Below are positions 59,314-64,000 of a stretch of 64,000 nucleotides of DNA, piece after piece. Position numbers and translations under genes: made by a program. Each line of letters opens with the position of its first letter. The stretch's first letter is position 1. This stretch comes from an uncultured Pseudomonadales bacterium (GTDB taxonomy: Bacteria; Patescibacteriota; Microgenomatia; UBA1400; PJMF01): NCBI GenBank assembly GCA_964457085.1, contig CAYWDM010000003.1:128514-192513 (forward strand). The letters run 5' to 3'. Below the pieces are notes generated by a model. It made no database searches and had not been told where the DNA came from. It saw only the letters and a list, made by a program, of their open reading frames with translations.

Positions 59314-60585
59314 CTAAACTTTCTCCGTTAATAATTTTGAAACTGCCGCTACATCTTGGGAAATTTGTTTGGTTAAGTCTTCTTTTTTAGAGAACAGAAT
59401 CACCTCTCTGAGTCTAGCTTCAATAGTGACAGTGATTGGGATCTGATTCTCAATTAAGTTTGTGGGTATGCTGTCGGTATCCAGCAAGAAAATCTCAATG
59501 GTTGGAACAGGTTTGTCAAAAGTCGGGATAGGACCGAAGTGTAGAGCTCCCTTGTAGCGATGACCAGCAATTTGAACGTGAGCTGCATAAATACCATGTG
59601 CCAGATTAAGGTTAGCGGGTATTTCGAGATTTAGAGTTGGGAAACCCATTTTTTTACCTCTGCCATCCCCTTTTTGTTGTCTTGAGACAAATTTGACGAC
59701 TAATAGCTGTTGGTTATGCTTGGCTATTTGCCAAGCAGAAAATAATAAGGCTGCCGCGGCCAAGTACTGCGTAGTGTTCAAACTGGTGTGGTACATTTTG
59801 GCATCGATAATCACAGCCAGAACTGGAAAAAATAACTCCAAGATTGTTGCAGTCGTAGCATTAGTTCGTTTTAGTCCTTGGTAGTAGATGGCCAAGGCGA
59901 CCATTCCAGTTGAGAACGCGATAATAAATAAGTTAAGTACTTGAGTAAAATTGATGGCGGTGAGTGCTTGTTGTGAGGGGAAAAACAGTAGCGCAACTAG
60001 ACCAATGGCGGTGGTCAATAGAAAACGAAGTGCGGTGGTGGCATTGGCAGGCAGTCGTAGTAATAACCACCTAGAAAAAACAGTAGAAGTGCCCCAAGCT
60101 GCAGCAGCACCCAGCGCCATTAACGCTGCTAGGTTGGTATTGCCAGCAATGGCGATTTTTCCACTGGGGAAAGTCATAAAAAATCCAGCTAGCAAGGCAA
60201 TGGCTGACCAAACAAGCTGTGATTTATTAACTTTTTCTCGAAGAATTATGGTGGCGGTGGCAAAGACAAAAATAGGCTGTAGTTTTTGCAATAGAAATAC
60301 AATGCTCATGGGAATAAATTGAACTTGTAGTAAGGCCGCAGTGAATAGTACGGTGCCAACCAAACCACTGAGCAGTGAAACTAGCCCAACCATTCCCCAC
60401 TCTTTTGTGGTGAGTTTGGTCAAGACATGTCTGAATTGCCAAAGTATTGGCAATAACAGGACTAACCCAATTGCGTGTTCAGCAGTCACAATTGTGAGTG
60501 GCGGCAAACTATAGAGGTTGCGACGAAGTAAGCCGTCAAGTGCCCAGAGTATTGCTGCAATGATGATGAGAAGTGGTCCAAACAT
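59314..60585 (-). CDS. Fusion protein: EamA/DMT-family 10-TM transporter (N-terminal) plus riboflavin kinase domain (C-terminal about 130 aa)
   Basis: The N-terminal 290 aa is polytopic DMT-like. The C-terminus GRGKKMGFPTLNL...GIYAAHV...GALHFGPIPTF...IEIFLLD...REVILFSKKEDLTKQISQD matches the RibF flavokinase domain (GFPTAN, GVYA, NIG.RPT, E.HLLD). Confidence 0.75.
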   Translation of the reverse strand: MFGPLLIIIAAILWALDGLLRRNLYSLPPLTIVTAEHAIGLVLLLPILWQFRHVLTKLTTKEWGMVGLVSLLSGLVGTVLFTAALLQVQFIPMSIVFLLQKLQPIFVFATATIILREKVNKSQLVWSAIALLAGFFMTFPSGKIAIAGNTNLAALMALGAAAAWGTSTVFSRWLLLRLPANATTALRFLLTTAIGLVALLFFPSQQALTAINFTQVLNLFIIAFSTGMVALAIYYQGLKRTNATTATILELFFPVLAVIIDAKMYHTSLNTTQYLAAAALLFSAWQIAKHNQQLLVVKFVSRQQKGDGRGKKMGFPTLNLEIPANLNLAHGIYAAHVQIAGHRYKGALHFGPIPTFDKPVPTIEIFLLDTDSIPTNLIENQIPITVTIEARLREVILFSKKEDLTKQISQDVAAVSKLLTEKV

Positions 60586-60724
60586 AGTGGCGAAGTATAT
60601 CTTGCAGCTTATGGGGTGACTGTAACAAATACTACTAATTTTTGGTGTGATTTATTGACTGACTTTTTATATTATAGAGGTATTTCTAGTTCATGAGTGG
60701 TCATCCTCTGTTACAATTGTGACA

Positions 60725-63490
60725 ATGCAACAAGTTTGGCAGCGGTGGCGATTCAGCTTAGAAGCCTGGACAGGGTTATTATTACACCGAGTGCAAAGTC
60801 TTGGATTGTTTGCAAAACAGGCACATATGTTTAAGCAATTAACCCGATCACGTAGAGCACTGTCTCAAGAAGAACGTAAGCTTCAGACCATGCGGCTGGT
60901 GCGATGGCTGGCACTCGGATTTGTGTTCTTAGTCATTTTGGGAATCATTAGCTTTTTTGGCTTATTTGCTTGGTACTCTCGTGATTTGCCTAAGCCTGGA
61001 CAAGTAGTGCGTCGTGAAGGATTCAGTACCAAGATTTATGATCGCAAAGGGGCATTACTCTATGACTTGTTTGATACAGAGCGACGTAACCCTATTCTGA
61101 TTAAAGATGTCCCAGAAAATCTCAAACATGCGACTGTGGCAATTGAAGACAAAGATTTTTACAAGCACAGCGGTTTTGATTATCTAACACTGCTTCGAAT
61201 TCCTTATAACGTCATTGCAAAACAGCGTGTAGTTGGTGGTTCAACATTAACGCAACAGCTGGTTAAAAATGTCTTGCTGACGAGCGATCGTACGATCTCA
61301 CGCAAATTTAAGGAATTGGTGTTGGCAGTTCAGCTTGAGCGAACTTTTACTAAAGATCAAATTTTAGAGATGTATCTAAATGAAGCCCCATATGGCGGTA
61401 CTGCTTGGGGTGTGGGCACAGCATCTGAAGTCTATTTCAATAAAAAAGTTCAGGATTTGAACTTGATTGAGTCAGCTGTTTTGGCAGGTTTGCCACAACG
61501 TCCCAGCGTCTATTCCCCATACGCAGGCAAGCAAGATGAAAATGGTGACGCCTATTGGAAAGTCCGTGGTCGAGGCGTACTAATGCAGATGCGTAAAAAT
61601 AATTACTTGGATGAAGCGGGCTACGAACAAGCAATGAAGGATATCGAAAATCTAACCTTTCAACGCGCTAATTCTGACTTGCAGGCTCCCCACTTCGTTT
61701 TTTATGTTCGAGAGGTGTTGGAAAAAATGTACGGCGAAACACTTGTCGAAAAAGGTGGCTTGTCTGTCACCACTTCACTAGATTTGGAAATGCAACATGA
61801 GTCAGAGCGAATCGTGATGGAGGAAATTGAGAAAGTTAAAGATTTAAATATTACTAATGGCTCGGTGATGGTGACTGATCCACGAACTGGTGAGATTTTG
61901 GCAATGGTGGGAAGTAAGGACTATTTTGATCAGACCATCGACGGACAATTTAACGTGGCAGTTAATGGACTGAGACAACCTGGATCATCAATTAAACCAA
62001 TCACTTATTTGGGAATGTTTAGACGTGGATACACACCTGCAAGTATGCTGGCTGATGTGCCTACCAAATTTACTCCAGAAGAAAAAGACAAGCCATACGA
62101 ACCAAAAAACTATGACGGCAAGTTTCGTGGAGCCGTGAATTTGCGCAATAGTCTCGGCAGTTCACTGAATATCCCAGCGGTTAAATCACTCGCTATCGTA
62201 GGTGTAGATAACTTTTTGAAGTTGGCCTATGAAATGGGATTCCCAACCCTCGAGCCAACTGAAGACAACATGAAGCGATTCGGCTTGGCCGTTACCTTGG
62301 GTGGTGCTGAGGTGCATTTGATCGATACTGTGTCGGCATATAGTGCGTTTGCCAACGGTGGATTAAAGGTCTCCCCAATTTCAGTACTCAAAGTGGCAGA
62401 TAAAGACGGCAAGGTACTGTTTGAACAAAAAAATGTGGCTGGTCAGCGGGTAATGAGTCCTGAAGAGTCATTTTTAATTAATAGCGTGTTATCTGACAAC
62501 AATGCTCGGTTAATGGCATTTGGTGTCAATTCACTGCTCAATACGGGCAAACCAATAGCAGTTAAAACTGGAACAACTAACGATCAGAAAGATAACTGGA
62601 CTGTGGGTTGGAGCCAAGAAATCATGGTTGGTACTTGGGTGGGTAATAGCAATAACACACCAATGAAAAAAGTTGCTTCAGGTATTACCGGTGCTTCCCC
62701 GATTTGGCGTCGGATCATCATGATGGCTTTGGAAAAAGGGTATAAAGCTCCCGAGTGGAAAGTACCTGATGGTATTGAACAACTTGAACTGGATACCATC
62801 AGTGGCTACACCAAACACGATGATTTTCCTTCAAAAAATGAGTATGTAGTCAAAGGATCAGCACTGACTGGACCAGATCCAATTCACACCAAGCTAAAGA
62901 TGTGTCGAGGTGAAAACAAACTCGCAACTGAAGCTCGAATTGCTGCTGGTGACTACGATGAGCGTGAATCAATCGTGCTTAAAGAAAATGATCCAGTTAG
63001 TAAAGACGGTGTTAATCGTTGGCAACTGGGAATTGATGGCTGGGTTGGCGGTCAAGAAGACAGTCGCTATAAAGTGCCAACTGAGTTTTGTGGCAGTAGC
63101 AGCGATGTGTTTGTGAGATTAAACAGACCTGAAAATCAAAAGAGTTATGGCGAAGAAGAGATTGAAGTTCAAATTGAATCAGACAGTGGCGATGGCATCG
63201 AAAAGATTGAGCTATGGGCGGATGGCAGTCTGCGCGAAACCATCACTAGCCGTTCATATACTGGCAAAATCAAACTATCTCCAGGTCAACATGAGCTATT
63301 TGCCAAGGCCCGGTCACGAGGCGGTAAAGATGCTCAGAGTGGCACAGTGTTCATCGGTACTGGTGGTCAGGATTGGAAGAAGCCGGAGCCAACTGCGGTG
63401 CCTCAACCCACTAATACTCCAGTGCCTACAGTAACTCCAACACCAACAGCAGGTGCATTACCAACACTGACCCCCACACCTTCTATTTAG
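60725..63490 (+). CDS. Class A penicillin-binding protein (PBP1A-type transglycosylase/transpeptidase), with a C-terminal Pro/Thr-rich extension
   Basis: GT51 motifs EDKDFYKHSGFD and GGSTLTQQLVKN. TP motifs SSIKP (SxxK), SLN, KTGTTND. Start uncertain (60725, 60827 or 60890). Confidence 0.9.
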   Translation: MQQVWQRWRFSLEAWTGLLLHRVQSLGLFAKQAHMFKQLTRSRRALSQEERKLQTMRLVRWLALGFVFLVILGIISFFGLFAWYSRDLPKPGQVVRREGFSTKIYDRKGALLYDLFDTERRNPILIKDVPENLKHATVAIEDKDFYKHSGFDYLTLLRIPYNVIAKQRVVGGSTLTQQLVKNVLLTSDRTISRKFKELVLAVQLERTFTKDQILEMYLNEAPYGGTAWGVGTASEVYFNKKVQDLNLIESAVLAGLPQRPSVYSPYAGKQDENGDAYWKVRGRGVLMQMRKNNYLDEAGYEQAMKDIENLTFQRANSDLQAPHFVFYVREVLEKMYGETLVEKGGLSVTTSLDLEMQHESERIVMEEIEKVKDLNITNGSVMVTDPRTGEILAMVGSKDYFDQTIDGQFNVAVNGLRQPGSSIKPITYLGMFRRGYTPASMLADVPTKFTPEEKDKPYEPKNYDGKFRGAVNLRNSLGSSLNIPAVKSLAIVGVDNFLKLAYEMGFPTLEPTEDNMKRFGLAVTLGGAEVHLIDTVSAYSAFANGGLKVSPISVLKVADKDGKVLFEQKNVAGQRVMSPEESFLINSVLSDNNARLMAFGVNSLLNTGKPIAVKTGTTNDQKDNWTVGWSQEIMVGTWVGNSNNTPMKKVASGITGASPIWRRIIMMALEKGYKAPEWKVPDGIEQLELDTISGYTKHDDFPSKNEYVVKGSALTGPDPIHTKLKMCRGENKLATEARIAAGDYDERESIVLKENDPVSKDGVNRWQLGIDGWVGGQEDSRYKVPTEFCGSSSDVFVRLNRPENQKSYGEEEIEVQIESDSGDGIEKIELWADGSLRETITSRSYTGKIKLSPGQHELFAKARSRGGKDAQSGTVFIGTGGQDWKKPEPTAVPQPTNTPVPTVTPTPTAGALPTLTPTPSI

Positions 63491-64000
63491 TCGTGATATT
63501 TTTGAAAGCAATTAGCTTGACTTAAGCCAATCAGCAGTGCTGTGGCAAAAATTCCTGGAGGTTGAGAAATTAAAAAGTGATCGAGTGCAGCTGCAGGTAG
63601 TAACAGCAGCCACCATAGTTCTTGCCGTGTGGTTTTTGAGGACTTGTTTGTCACCATAGCGCCACTAACGAGTGCCACTAACCCCAGCACACCAATCTCA
63701 CTGAGCAACAGCCAAAAAGCATTGTGTACTGGTTGGACAAATCGAACTATTTCAGTGCTAGTGCGATAGTTTTGTAGTTGAATGGTGCTCTGATTGACGC
63801 CAGTTCCAAACCAAAAATTTTGACGAATTAACTCAGTAGTAGCTAGAAAAAGTTCATTACGTCGTTGCCAGGAAAAAGTATCTGTGTGCTTTGGTAAATA
63901 GTTGCTGAGTGTCAGCAAAAATATCGGCATGATAATGGCTGCCAACACTCCAATAACCATAATAATTGCAAAAATTTTAGGTTTAACTTTAATTTTTCTC
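63487..64000 (-). CDS. O-antigen ligase (Wzy_C)-like membrane protein, C-terminal part; the gene continues beyond the window end
   Basis: NQSTIQ...VHNAFWLLLSEIGVLGL resembles the Wzy_C core. The ORF stays open upstream of the annotated Met, out to position 64000. Confidence 0.55.
   Translation of the reverse strand, partial: RKIKVKPKIFAIIMVIGVLAAIIMPIFLLTLSNYLPKHTDTFSWQRRNELFLATTELIRQNFWFGTGVNQSTIQLQNYRTSTEIVRFVQPVHNAFWLLLSEIGVLGLVALVSGAMVTNKSSKTTRQELWWLLLLPAAALDHFLISQPPGIFATALLIGLSQANCFQKYHD

Overview
Overview: Dense, about 42% GC bacterial chromosomal segment using the standard genetic code (in-frame TGA/TAA/TAG stops in all well-conserved genes). I count about 60 protein genes, 3 tRNAs and several intrinsic terminators. 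Gene content points to a reduced-genome, CPR/Saccharibacteria-like organism, but that placement is my inference, not a database hit. Evidence for it: short EF-Ts, insertions in GyrA and Nfo, a transporter-kinase fusion, no visible biosynthetic genes, and a large type IV pilus investment. Housekeeping genes present: hisS (partial), dnaB, lgt-lspA, rluD-like, glyA-nfo-folD, rpsB-tsf, queA, yebC, a Xer-type tyrosine recombinase, a DEAD-box helicase, gyrB-ppa-gyrA-holB, rpmF-nusB-(ACP-like)-rnc, rpsP plus a KH protein, recG, tyrS, PBP1A and a partial O-antigen-ligase-like gene. The largest locus is type IV pilus/competence: pilB (with a roughly 430-aa disordered N-terminal extension), pilT, pilC, a major pilin, pilD, four further pilin-like genes, and a minus-strand operon of a pilin-like gene plus a Cys-rich secreted candidate adhesin and two paralogous membrane-anchored proteins. 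A pilX-like gene and pilMNO lie elsewhere. Most unusual item: three tandem ~0.5-kb modules at 27330-28925 between the DEAD-box helicase and gyrA, each with a near-identical strong promoter, a roughly 200-nt structured leader carrying a cold-box-like ACGTTAA(C/T)AG box and a perfect long-range helix, an SD-preceded small ORF (65-72 aa, mutually unrelated), and a conserved terminator. Other notable items: an EamA transporter fused to a riboflavin kinase domain, an ACP-like protein lacking the phosphopantetheine serine in acpP-rnc synteny, and a 1.26-kb ORF-free AT-rich spacer upstream of the recombinase and tRNA-Ala.
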